Shown here piece after piece: positions 19,182-28,112 of a stretch of DNA of 64,000 bases (positions are counted from its first letter, which is position 1; each line of letters opens with the position of its first letter). Below the pieces are notes generated by a model. The model was given only the letters and a program-made list of their open reading frames with translations. It made no database searches and was not told where the DNA came from. The DNA lies in assembly GCA_018649885.1 (NCBI GenBank), contig JABIHA010000075.1, positions 1-64,000 on the forward strand, given 5' to 3'. Source of the stretch: Bacteriovoracaceae bacterium (GTDB lineage: Bacteria > Bdellovibrionota > Bacteriovoracia > Bacteriovoracales > Bacteriovoracaceae). The position numbers were made by a program, and so were the translations under genes.

Positions 19182-20183
19182 TTACTTTAACTCTACATCT
19201 AGCATTGTTTTAATATTAAAATATCTCTTATCTTCTAATGAATTAGGAAGAAGTCCTTCTTCAAAAGCTTTTTTAATGCCGAGTACTGCTTGCTCTATTG
19301 TGTGCTTGGGAGTGAAGCCAATATCCTCTTCAATTTTCTTTGAAGAGATGTGATAAGATCTGTTGTCATCAGTATCTACATATTCAATTTGAACATCATC
19401 ACCAATAATTTTTTGAACTGCAAACCCTAGCTCTTCTACAGTGTGATTTTCATAGCCAGCATTATAGATTTTACCAGCAATTTTCTCGCTGGGTTGATCT
19501 AATAAATTGATATAAAGATCGGTCATATCTTCAATATTAATATTTGGTCTTTTTTGTTTGCCACCAAATATCTTGATTTTTTTATTGTGGTAGGCGTGAT
19601 TTGTTAAAATATTCACAATCACATCTAATCTTTGTCTGGGAGAATATCCACAAACTGTAGCAGGTCTTATGGTGACAGTTGTGAAATCATCACTTTGAAA
19701 TCCAACGAGGAGCTTTTCACATTCGGCCTTAAATTTAGAATAATCTGTAAGAGGTTCAAGAGACAGGCCTTCGTGAACATTTTCTTCTTTTTTAACTCCG
19801 TAGACAGAAGAAGAAGAGGCATAAATAAATCTACTAACGCCAGAGGCTTTTGAAATTTCGGCCAGAGGGCTAAAAGCATCTAAATTAATAGAGCGACCAA
19901 GACCTGGGTTTAAATCAAAACTGGGATCATTTGAAATACAGGCCAGGTGAATGACAGTATCATGTCCAGGAATCGTTTTCTTTAAAAGATCCTGATCTCT
20001 AATATCGCCCTTAATGACGTTGAGATTACTTTTTAAATTTCCATCAATTTTTTCAAAGACATCTTCTCCGTACATCATCAAATCAAGTACTGAAACTTTG
20101 TGTCCGGCCTTTAGTAATTTAGGAACAAGTCTTGCTCCCACATAACCTGCTCCACCAGTAATATAGACATTGTGTTTTGACAT
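19182..20183 (-). CDS. NAD-dependent sugar epimerase/dehydratase
   Basis: GGAGYVG, HLACISNDPS, ASSSSVYG, YSKFK. Confidence 0.88.
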   Translation of the reverse strand: MSKHNVYITGGAGYVGARLVPKLLKAGHKVSVLDLMMYGEDVFEKIDGNLKSNLNVIKGDIRDQDLLKKTIPGHDTVIHLACISNDPSFDLNPGLGRSINLDAFSPLAEISKASGVSRFIYASSSSVYGVKKEENVHEGLSLEPLTDYSKFKAECEKLLVGFQSDDFTTVTIRPATVCGYSPRQRLDVIVNILTNHAYHNKKIKIFGGKQKRPNINIEDMTDLYINLLDQPSEKIAGKIYNAGYENHTVEELGFAVQKIIGDDVQIEYVDTDDNRSYHISSKKIEEDIGFTPKHTIEQAVLGIKKAFEEGLLPNSLEDKRYFNIKTMLDVELK

Positions 20184-20196
20184 AATTTCCTCTTAA

Positions 20197-21186
20197 TTAC
20201 TTTCCCAAGGCTTCAAACCATGGCTTAGTTTCTTTTTCTATAGTCTCTGGAGTCCACACAGGTGCCTTGCTCCAGTAATCAATATTATCTAACATTATTT
20301 GAACACCCTGCTCAAAAGAAGTTTTGGGCTTCCAATCAACTGCCGCCAAAACTTTTTCAATATTAGCGTGAGTGCAATCGGGCTCTCCTGGCCTTTTGGG
20401 AATATAAGTTATCTCCCCGCCAAGTAGCTCCACTAAACGATTCACTGAATTTGGTGTTCCAGAGCCAATATTAAAGGCTTCGTCTTTAATTTCTGACCCA
20501 GCTAATTTATATAGAGCGCTCACAAGATCTTTGACAAAAATAAAATCTCTTGTTTGTTTGCCATCCCCCACTACAGTGTAAGGACTACCTGCAAGTTTTT
20601 GAGCGAGGAAGGTTCCAAAAACGGCGCCATAAGTGCCAGAGGTTCTAGACCTAGGTCCGTAAACATTAAAAAATCTTGTGGTTATAACTGGTAAATCGTA
20701 GAGTTTTCCCCAATGTAAAACCATCTCTTCACCCATTCTCTTGGTGAGAGCGTAAGGATACTCAACCCTAATTTCGGCCTCTTCATTTGTTGGGTAATTA
20801 TCTGGAATTCCATAACAAGAAGATGAGGCTGCATAGACAAATTTCTTCAAATTTTTTGAAAGTCTAGCTGCTTGCAAAACCTTCAATGTCCCGGTCACAT
20901 TACTTTGATAGTAAAGCTCAGGGTTTTGCACTGAAGGTACAATGTCCGCAAGAGCAGCAATATGAAAAATGTAATCGGCGTCAGTAGCCAGTTCGTTCAA
21001 TCTTGGGTCAGTAGAAATATCCAGTTCCACAATTTCAAGTTGATCATTGTCTGCAAGATGATCGAGATTAGATTTTCTTCCCGTCGAGAAATTATCTACA
21101 ACAACAACTTTGAGATCTTTCGAAATAAGTAGATCAACCAAGTGTGATCCAATAAATCCTGCTCCGCCTGTTACTAATGCTTTCAT
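20197..21186 (-). CDS. NAD-dependent sugar epimerase/dehydratase
   Basis: GGAGFIGSH, AALADIVPS, YALTK, FFNVYGPR. Confidence 0.88.
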   Translation of the reverse strand: MKALVTGGAGFIGSHLVDLLISKDLKVVVVDNFSTGRKSNLDHLADNDQLEIVELDISTDPRLNELATDADYIFHIAALADIVPSVQNPELYYQSNVTGTLKVLQAARLSKNLKKFVYAASSSCYGIPDNYPTNEEAEIRVEYPYALTKRMGEEMVLHWGKLYDLPVITTRFFNVYGPRSRTSGTYGAVFGTFLAQKLAGSPYTVVGDGKQTRDFIFVKDLVSALYKLAGSEIKDEAFNIGSGTPNSVNRLVELLGGEITYIPKRPGEPDCTHANIEKVLAAVDWKPKTSFEQGVQIMLDNIDYWSKAPVWTPETIEKETKPWFEALGK

Positions 21187-21195
21187 ATCAAACCT

Positions 21196-21933
21196 TTAAA
21201 AATTAAAATTATAGTGATTAATTTCAGATCTAGCCAACTCTAGCCTCTCGCCAGTATCAATGGCCACCCGATGGGCTTCCCCTAGCTTATAAGCGTAGAG
21301 ATTACCTTCTTTTACTAGGTGCGGAAAAATATCCTTTGGCCAATCAGAAATCTCATTTTTTTGTATATATCCCAAAGTTTCAGGGCTAATGCAATAAATA
21401 GCTGAATTGACCCAATAGGGCTCACCTGAAGCATTTGCTGGATTATTTTTAGGCCTTTCTAGGAACCTCACCACTTTTCCGCTCTGGTCCATCTCAACGT
21501 AGCTATTAGACTTGTGTCTCTGGTGTACAACCATTGAGGCAAGTCCCGAGTGTGAGTGGTGAAATTTCATGAACTCCCTGTAATCGAGATCAGTTAAAAT
21601 ATCTCCGTAAATAACAAGAAGATGGTCAGTTGGATTACCGGCAAGTTCATGCATTCGAAGAACACCCCCAGCAGTACCTGTTGGGGCGGGCTCATGGAGA
21701 TAGGTTATATTTAATCCAAGAGCTGAACCATCAGAAAAATATTCCGTGAACGCTTTTGCAAGATAGTGAAGATTGATCACCACATTGCTCACCCCTAAGG
21801 ATTTTAAATGTCTTAAGGTGTATTCAAGAAGAGGTTTTCCATTAATATCCAGCATCGGTTTTGGGCAACTTTTAGTGGCCTCACCCATTCTGGTTCCAAA
21901 CCCAGCACAGAGAAGATAAGCAGTTACATTCAC
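21196..21933 (-). CDS. Sugar-1-phosphate nucleotidyltransferase (HddC/mannose-1-P guanylyltransferase-like)
   Basis: LLCAGFGTRM, PKPM, GTAGG, YGD; GTG start overlaps the gmhB stop (GTGA). Confidence 0.85.
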   Translation of the reverse strand: MNVTAYLLCAGFGTRMGEATKSCPKPMLDINGKPLLEYTLRHLKSLGVSNVVINLHYLAKAFTEYFSDGSALGLNITYLHEPAPTGTAGGVLRMHELAGNPTDHLLVIYGDILTDLDYREFMKFHHSHSGLASMVVHQRHKSNSYVEMDQSGKVVRFLERPKNNPANASGEPYWVNSAIYCISPETLGYIQKNEISDWPKDIFPHLVKEGNLYAYKLGEAHRVAIDTGERLELARSEINHYNFNF

Positions 21934-22523
21934 TCCCCACCCCCTACACACGCTAAAAGTTCTTCTAGTTGATTAATTTCAAAGTCTGGCTTTTTGTCAG
22001 CCTCGTCTATTTCGAGCTCTGTTTTAATTAAGGCCTCATTTGCTTTAGCCGTTTTAAGCCAGACAGTTTTGCACCCTGCTAAGTTGCCAGCAATGATGTC
22101 GGAAATTCGGTCCCCCACCAGATAACTACGCGTAAGCTCAATTCCCAAATCCTGCTGGGCCTTAAATAGCATTCCAGGCCTGGGCTTTCTAAGGGGAGAA
22201 TCCAGTCTAAACTCATCAATTTGTGCGTTGGGATGAAATGGGCAGAGGTAAATCCCATCAAATAGCTCGTCTCCCTTCTGGGGGGAGCAAATATTATCTA
22301 AGATTTGGCTATTGAGATCCATCGCTGCTTCAAGTGAGAGAATCCCCCTTGATACAACAGTCTGATTTGTAACCAAGATGATTTTAAACCCTCTTCTCTT
22401 TAAAGTTGTAAGCACCCTAGCTGCACCATCAATATATTTGATGTCACCAATGTGTGAAGGCAAATGGGTATCTTCAATAAGGACACCATCCCTATCGAAA
22501 AAGACAGCTGCATTATTTCGCAA
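21930..22523 (-). CDS. gmhB: D,D-heptose-1,7-bisphosphate phosphatase (HAD IIIA)
   Basis: FFDRDGVL, VTNQ, CPFHP, RKPRPGM, VGDRISD. Confidence 0.85.
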   Translation of the reverse strand: MRNNAAVFFDRDGVLIEDTHLPSHIGDIKYIDGAARVLTTLKRRGFKIILVTNQTVVSRGILSLEAAMDLNSQILDNICSPQKGDELFDGIYLCPFHPNAQIDEFRLDSPLRKPRPGMLFKAQQDLGIELTRSYLVGDRISDIIAGNLAGCKTVWLKTAKANEALIKTELEIDEADKKPDFEINQLEELLACVGGGE

Positions 22524-22817
22524 GGCTCATCCCCTATGTAAACTCTGTAGACAAACTTATACTATATTTAAGTTTAATTGTTGTTCATTTACAAAGTTCA
22601 TTTCAATAAAAATACTAATGCCAAAGCGAAGCCAGGCTAAAAATTGAGGTCAGTTTGGCCACAAAAGGCCGTAAAATAAGGGCCGTTTCGAGGCCTACAA
22701 TTGGGCAATTAATGCTAGTAGCAATAAACCGGGAATTGAAATTCAACGCGCTACAGCCACAAATGGTTCGACTACCCATCTCCGCAAAAGTAATATATAT
22801 TACGTATATGGTACATG

Positions 22818-22847
22818 TTGAAACCATGATATTCATCATGGTTTCAA
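22818..22847. promoter_or_regulatory. Perfect 13-bp inverted repeat upstream of a B12 radical SAM gene
   Basis: ttgaaaccatgat-attc-atcatggtttcaa; function unknown. Confidence 0.4.
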
Positions 22848-22884
22848 TGTTCACCAAATTAAGTCGCCATATCAAAGAGGATTC

Positions 22885-24444
22885 ATGAAAGTACTATTTA
22901 TATACCCAAATTATCAAGGCTACGCTCGAGTTCCACTAGGCCTCTCTATTCCAATGACAGTTCTAATGGAAGCGGGACATGAAGTTGGACTTTTTGATAC
23001 AACATTTATTTTAAGTAGTATTAATACTGACAACGAAGCACGTGAAGCTGCTGGACTTGTTAAGCCAACAGACACATCTCATTTTTTTACTCCTCATTCT
23101 CCCGAAGAAGTTGATGAAATGCTTCGGCAAAAAATTAGAGACTTTAATCCTGACCTTGTGGGAATAAGTATATTAGAAGACAACTACGAATATTCTGATC
23201 GTCTTCTTAAAGTTCTTAAAGAACTAAAGCCAGACCTTCCAGTCATTGCTGGCGGCACAACTCCAACAGTGGCTCCAGATGTACTCATTAAAAATCCTGG
23301 AATTGATTATCTCATTAGAGGAGAAGGCGAATGGGCCTTGAGAGACTTTTGTGAAAAATTTGAAAAAGGTGAATCCCTTGAAAAAGTTAATAATCTCGTT
23401 TACCTGAGAGATGACGGAATGGTGGTCTCCAATCCACTGGGACCATTTCTAAACTTAGATGACCTGCCCCCTCAAAATTTAGATTTATGGGACGACGGCC
23501 ACTTCGTAAAGGCCTACGATGGCGGCTTATATAAAACAGGCTTCTTTGAGATGTCCAGGGGATGCATGCTTAAATGCACTTACTGTGTCAACGTAACCTA
23601 CCAAGATATATTTGAAGATTCTGGCAGATATTTTAGAGTTAAGTCTGTTGAAAAAGCAGTTGAAGAAATTAAACTACTAAAAGAGAAATACGGATTTGAA
23701 AGAATATTCTTCTGTGATGATAATTTTCTTTCTATGCCGAAAATAAGATTTGATGCCTTTGTAGATGTCTGGCAAAAAGAAGTTGGTCTTCCATTTTGGA
23801 TGAATACAACTATAGAAGCCATCGGCTCTAATAGAGACAGAATTGAAAGGCTAAAAGAAGTTGGATGTTGCGGAATTGGTCTTGGCCTTGAAACAGGAAG
23901 TGACTGGTTTAGAAGAAATATTCTCCACAAAAGAATCAAAAACGATCGTATATATAAAACAGTCAGTATTTTACACGACTTTGGATACAGAACGACGGCC
24001 AATATCATGATTGGTTTTCCTGGTGAATATCTCTACGATATTTATCAAAGCATTCAATTTGTAAAAGAGATTGAGGCCAAAAGTTGTGACGTCACCTTTG
24101 TGGCCCCATACTATGCAACCCCAATTTTTAAAGTCGCCAAAAAAATGGGCCTGATTGATGTGTGGGAAGATCGCCCTGGCTTTAATGGCATGGCCCAGCA
24201 TATTGGAATGAGACAAGGCCCTCAGATTAATATTCCAACCATTTCAAAAGATAAACTCAACGAAATATATCTCACATTCATGGACTACGTTGAAGGGAAA
24301 ATTGAAGTTCCCGCTAAGTACATTCAACTTGATGAGTCTGAACCGATGATTGAAAGTAGAAAATCTGTTTTAAAAACATTTAGAGATCTATTTCTCAATC
24401 CTGCATGGTTAACTAAAGAAGGCGTTGAAGAAAGGTATCTCTAG
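22885..24444 (+). CDS. B12-binding radical SAM protein
   Basis: N-terminal B12-binding-like domain (PLGL, IAGG, IRGEGE); SRGCMLKCTYC; DDNF; GLETGS. Confidence 0.9.
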   Translation: MKVLFIYPNYQGYARVPLGLSIPMTVLMEAGHEVGLFDTTFILSSINTDNEAREAAGLVKPTDTSHFFTPHSPEEVDEMLRQKIRDFNPDLVGISILEDNYEYSDRLLKVLKELKPDLPVIAGGTTPTVAPDVLIKNPGIDYLIRGEGEWALRDFCEKFEKGESLEKVNNLVYLRDDGMVVSNPLGPFLNLDDLPPQNLDLWDDGHFVKAYDGGLYKTGFFEMSRGCMLKCTYCVNVTYQDIFEDSGRYFRVKSVEKAVEEIKLLKEKYGFERIFFCDDNFLSMPKIRFDAFVDVWQKEVGLPFWMNTTIEAIGSNRDRIERLKEVGCCGIGLGLETGSDWFRRNILHKRIKNDRIYKTVSILHDFGYRTTANIMIGFPGEYLYDIYQSIQFVKEIEAKSCDVTFVAPYYATPIFKVAKKMGLIDVWEDRPGFNGMAQHIGMRQGPQINIPTISKDKLNEIYLTFMDYVEGKIEVPAKYIQLDESEPMIESRKSVLKTFRDLFLNPAWLTKEGVEERYL

Positions 24445-25130
24445 TGACGCAAACTGTAGCGATCATTCCTGCAAGAGGTGGTTCCAAAGGAATCCCTAAA
24501 AAAAACCTCATCCCATTTTGTGGTAAACCACTAATAGCGTGGAGTATCGAACAGGCCGTATCAGCATCCCACATCGATTCAGTTTGGGTCACCTCAGACG
24601 ATGAGGAGATCCTATCAGTTGCACAGTCTTACGGTGCCAACCCCATACTAAGACCAAATGATATTTCGGGAGATGGTGCCAGCTCTGAGTCTGCCTGGAT
24701 TCATGCAGTTGATGACATACGAAACAAAGGCATAGATATTGATCTGGCCATTGGCATTCAGGCTACCTCTCCTCTTAGAGAGGCCAAGGACCTTGACCTG
24801 GCCATTGAAAAATTTAGAAATGATCAGCTGGATTCATTGTTTTCAGCATCACTCATTGAAGACTTCTTTATTTGGGAAGAAGACGACGACGGTAATCTTA
24901 AAAGCCAAAATTATGACCATTTAAATAGAAAAAGAAGACAAGATATCAAACCTCAATACGTTGAAAATGGATCGTTCTATCTATTTAAGCCTGATGATAT
25001 TTCTAAATTTGATAATAGGCTTAGTGGAAAAATAGGATTTTCGATCATGGAATTCTGGAAGACCTTTGAAATCGATTCGATGGAAGATTTAGAATTTTGT
25101 GAGGCCTTGATGAAGCATTACCTAACTTAA
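24444..25130 (+). CDS. neuA: Acylneuraminate (CMP-ulosonate) cytidylyltransferase
   Basis: IIPARGGSKGIPKKN, QATSPLR, ENGSFY, EIDSMED. Confidence 0.87.
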   Translation: MTQTVAIIPARGGSKGIPKKNLIPFCGKPLIAWSIEQAVSASHIDSVWVTSDDEEILSVAQSYGANPILRPNDISGDGASSESAWIHAVDDIRNKGIDIDLAIGIQATSPLREAKDLDLAIEKFRNDQLDSLFSASLIEDFFIWEEDDDGNLKSQNYDHLNRKRRQDIKPQYVENGSFYLFKPDDISKFDNRLSGKIGFSIMEFWKTFEIDSMEDLEFCEALMKHYLT

Positions 25131-25196
25131 TCTTGATAAGTTACTTTAATCACCTCAATTGAATTATTCGATAAAATTTAAGCTTGTGTTCATTAC

Positions 25197-25643
25197 TTAA
25201 TTAAGTTCTTTCTCCAACATAATTATGATCTCTTCGTCATGGTCACTTTGCTGAGTACCTATAATATTGAATCCATACTTAATATTATAAATGAGCATCT
25301 CCTTGAATCGGTTTTCTGTAAATGTTCGGACTCTTGAATAACCTAAATTCGATATTATCTCCTGCTGCTTTTTTGACAGCTCTTTTGCAACGCCTTTCCT
25401 ACGAAAATCTGGATGAACACCTCCGATCCAGCTGTAGAATAGTCTTGCCGATAACTCATATCCCACCTTGTAACCAATAGGTTTGTTTTCTTCATAAGCA
25501 ATTAGGACGACTAGAGCATGTTTTACATTGGCCTCTCTTTGAAGTTTTTCTTTCGTATATGGATTATCAAAAATAGCTTCCTCAAGAGAAAAAATTTCCT
25601 CTGCAATCACATCACTTATTTTATTATACTCCTTGATTTTCAT
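25197..25643 (-). CDS. GNAT acetyltransferase
   Basis: GYKVGY, YSWIGGVHPDFRRKGVA, NIKYGF. Confidence 0.85.
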   Translation of the reverse strand: MKIKEYNKISDVIAEEIFSLEEAIFDNPYTKEKLQREANVKHALVVLIAYEENKPIGYKVGYELSARLFYSWIGGVHPDFRRKGVAKELSKKQQEIISNLGYSRVRTFTENRFKEMLIYNIKYGFNIIGTQQSDHDEEIIIMLEKELN

Positions 25644-25649
25644 TTCTAC

Positions 25650-26198
25650 CTACACCCTTCCTATGAATTCATAAGTCTCATTGGTAAATTTTAGGCCAAA
25701 CACATCTGGATTTTGAAGATTCCTCCAAAAATCAAAATTAAATTTAGGGTCAACCTTATTTAAAAACAGAGAAATAGCGTTTCCGTGAGAAGAAATAGCA
25801 ATGACTTCATCTCCTACATCAATCATGGAGTTTGTGATTGCCTGGAATACCCTGGCTTGGCATTCATTTGAAGATTCCCCATTCGGCAATTTATAGTCAA
25901 AATCAATCCAAGTTTTTTCTAATTCTTCAAGCCAGTTATCAATCATACCTGCGCTTAATTCTCTTTCTCTCAAGTCGTGGTTTTGAGTAATGTCGATGCA
26001 ATATTTCTCGGCAAATGGAGTCACTGTGTGGATAGCTCTAGGATATGGACTGGAAATGATTTTATTTATTTTGAGCTCTGCGAGTTTAGATATCAGCTCA
26101 CTAGCTTGCTTTTGTCCAGCAGGACTTAGTGGCCAGTCACACTCATTAATATCTTTGCTAGGAGCACTTTCAGCATGTCTAATAAGAATTAAGTTCAC
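25650..26198 (-). CDS. Histidine phosphatase (phosphoglycerate mutase family)
   Basis: LIRHAES, SSPYPRA, LRER, GES, SHG. Confidence 0.88.
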   Translation of the reverse strand: MNLILIRHAESAPSKDINECDWPLSPAGQKQASELISKLAELKINKIISSPYPRAIHTVTPFAEKYCIDITQNHDLRERELSAGMIDNWLEELEKTWIDFDYKLPNGESSNECQARVFQAITNSMIDVGDEVIAISSHGNAISLFLNKVDPKFNFDFWRNLQNPDVFGLKFTNETYEFIGRV

Positions 26199-26245
26199 TA
26201 GCAGCTCCGAACAATAATACCAAACTTACTATAGGTACAAAAAAA

Positions 26246-26992
26246 TCAACTTAACAGGTTTAGAGAGATATTTGCAATATTAATAACATCATCCGGTTTG
26301 AGCTTTTCAGCTTCTTCATCATTATATTTATGATTATCTAAGAGCTTTTGAATCAGCCTTGAGTCATCACCACCTTGTCGAACTAACCATTTCAATGCGT
26401 TTTGCTTCGACAAACATTTCCCCGTAAGTTCTAATGATTTTATTCTTGCTGCTCCACTTGCAATCCAAATGGCTGGATCAATTGGAAGATATTTATCAGC
26501 AGGCATTTTTTTAACTTTGCGTATTATTTTTCCTATATAAGGAATCCAATATTGCTGTTTGTTGGCCTTGGCCCAATCAATTAAGTTTTCCCTACTAACC
26601 TCAGGTAAAATATCTGTAAGAGAGAACTCTCCAAAAATTTTCTTGGACTGGTATTTTAGAGACCATTGCTCTGGAGTAGGTAACGATTTTGGGAATAAGT
26701 TATGCTTTTCATTCAATAAGCTTTTTGAGTACAATTTTGAATCATCTTCATAAACAATATATCCATCTAACAGAATCTCATGGTTTTTAGTTTTCCAATC
26801 ACCTATTAATTTATCGAAGTCCTCTAGGAGAGATTTGTTCTTAATTATAAAAACGACATCGAGATCGCTACGCGAAGGTGCCCAAAACCCCGTTACACTC
26901 GATCCAAATAAAAAACATGTAGATTTAATTGTAGACTGAAGATTGAAGTGAGCTTTCAAATTACTTATGTAATCATCTAATTTCTTTTTCAT
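26246..26992 (-). CDS. Pol-beta-superfamily nucleotidyltransferase (aminoglycoside adenylyltransferase-like)
   Basis: LFGSSVTG...SDLDVV; C-terminal helical region with SK..AL.W. Confidence 0.65.
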   Translation of the reverse strand: MKKKLDDYISNLKAHFNLQSTIKSTCFLFGSSVTGFWAPSRSDLDVVFIIKNKSLLEDFDKLIGDWKTKNHEILLDGYIVYEDDSKLYSKSLLNEKHNLFPKSLPTPEQWSLKYQSKKIFGEFSLTDILPEVSRENLIDWAKANKQQYWIPYIGKIIRKVKKMPADKYLPIDPAIWIASGAARIKSLELTGKCLSKQNALKWLVRQGGDDSRLIQKLLDNHKYNDEEAEKLKPDDVINIANISLNLLS

Positions 26993-27010
26993 AATCTCTT
27001 TCGAATAATC

Positions 27011-27042
27011 AACGATAGCATCGCTTCGGGCCTTCTATTGTT
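27011..27042 (-). terminator. Possible terminator hairpin after the KdnB-like gene
   Basis: aacgatag...ctattgtt arms a few bases past the stop; no clear U-tract. Confidence 0.3.
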
Positions 27043-27050
27043 ATGCGCTC

Positions 27051-28112
27051 TTACATTCTAAGATAAAGCTCTTTAATCACATCCCGAGTAAAAATATTTC
27101 TCCAATCTGTACCAAGAGCATTTTCGAGAGGTTTTTCCATCAAAAGAGTTATATCAATCATCTTCTCTAACATTTCCTCTGAAAGATCAGCGCAAAGACC
27201 CCTTCTAATAGTGATATTGTGCTTTTTTACCATCTCTCTGAACTCTTCCATATAGTCTGGATAGTATTGATCGAGGTAATCGAAAGCAATGACGTTGCCT
27301 TCACCGTGATGAATACCAAAAGCATAGCTAAGACCATAAGACATTGCATGGCAGACACCAACTTCTGAGTAGACAATTGAGTTACCACCAAACATTGAGG
27401 CAATCATCATATCACCATGAGTGCCATCACCTAGAAAACGTTTTCTAGTTAGATCTAGAGCCTTTTCAGCATAAGCTTTACTAAAATCATTTAAGTAACA
27501 ACCACAAAGAGACTCAACACTATGGATATAACAGTCCATCGCAGTGTAAAAAGCCTGCTCAGTAGGAACTGTTTCCAATAAATTTGGATCAAGTACAATT
27601 TGGTCGTATAAAGAAAAATTACTATTTATTCCTTGTTTCTTTTCTGGGCCCATTAGGACACAGGTTCTTGAAACTTCGGCTCCAGTTCCTGAGACAGTTG
27701 GAATTCCAACTTTATAAACTGGTTTATTCTTGGGTAGATCCCAACCTTGATAATCACTAGATGATCCATCATTGGTTAGCATTATAGAAACGGCTTTACC
27801 TACATCTAAAACTGAGCCGCCACCGAATGCAACGACTGCGCAAGGAAGATCACCAGAGTCTTTAATCTTTTTCGTGTATTCATCAATAACTACAGTTTTA
27901 GGCTCTTCACTAGTATCAACTTGAAAAAATAGATCCCCGCTATCAACTCTAATATTGTATTTTTCAAGATCCTTAAAATAATGATCTACAAAAAATACAA
28001 TATGCCCACTTCCCGCTCTTCTCTCATCGAGAAGTTCATTTAATTGGGAAATGGCTCCCACGCCAAACATTGTTTTAGGGACAGATAAAAAGTTTTTTAT
28101 TGGGGCAACCAT
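27051..28112 (-). CDS. kdnB: Iron-containing alcohol dehydrogenase, Kdo 8-oxidase (KdnB)-like
   Basis: EEPKT, GGGSVLDVGKAVS, YQGWDL, PTVSGTGAEVSRT, MDCYIHSVESL, VGVCHAMSYGLS, HHG. Confidence 0.75.
   Translation of the reverse strand: MVAPIKNFLSVPKTMFGVGAISQLNELLDERRAGSGHIVFFVDHYFKDLEKYNIRVDSGDLFFQVDTSEEPKTVVIDEYTKKIKDSGDLPCAVVAFGGGSVLDVGKAVSIMLTNDGSSSDYQGWDLPKNKPVYKVGIPTVSGTGAEVSRTCVLMGPEKKQGINSNFSLYDQIVLDPNLLETVPTEQAFYTAMDCYIHSVESLCGCYLNDFSKAYAEKALDLTRKRFLGDGTHGDMMIASMFGGNSIVYSEVGVCHAMSYGLSYAFGIHHGEGNVIAFDYLDQYYPDYMEEFREMVKKHNITIRRGLCADLSEEMLEKMIDITLLMEKPLENALGTDWRNIFTRDVIKELYLRM

Noticed and set aside
22760..22790. ggttcgact...ctccgca resembling a tRNA T-loop and 3' end
   Set aside because: No T-stem, acceptor stem or cloverleaf can be built
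22524..22884. Possible cobalamin riboswitch upstream of a B12 radical SAM gene, and short ORFs in this gap
   Set aside because: Only scattered fragments (gggaa, gccac) and no B12-box; the ORFs overlap each other on both strands with no motifs. An Rfam scan would settle it
26993..27050. attC-like site next to the three-gene islet
   Set aside because: About 40 bp, too short; imperfect core sites; no similar sites between the other islet genes; no integrase
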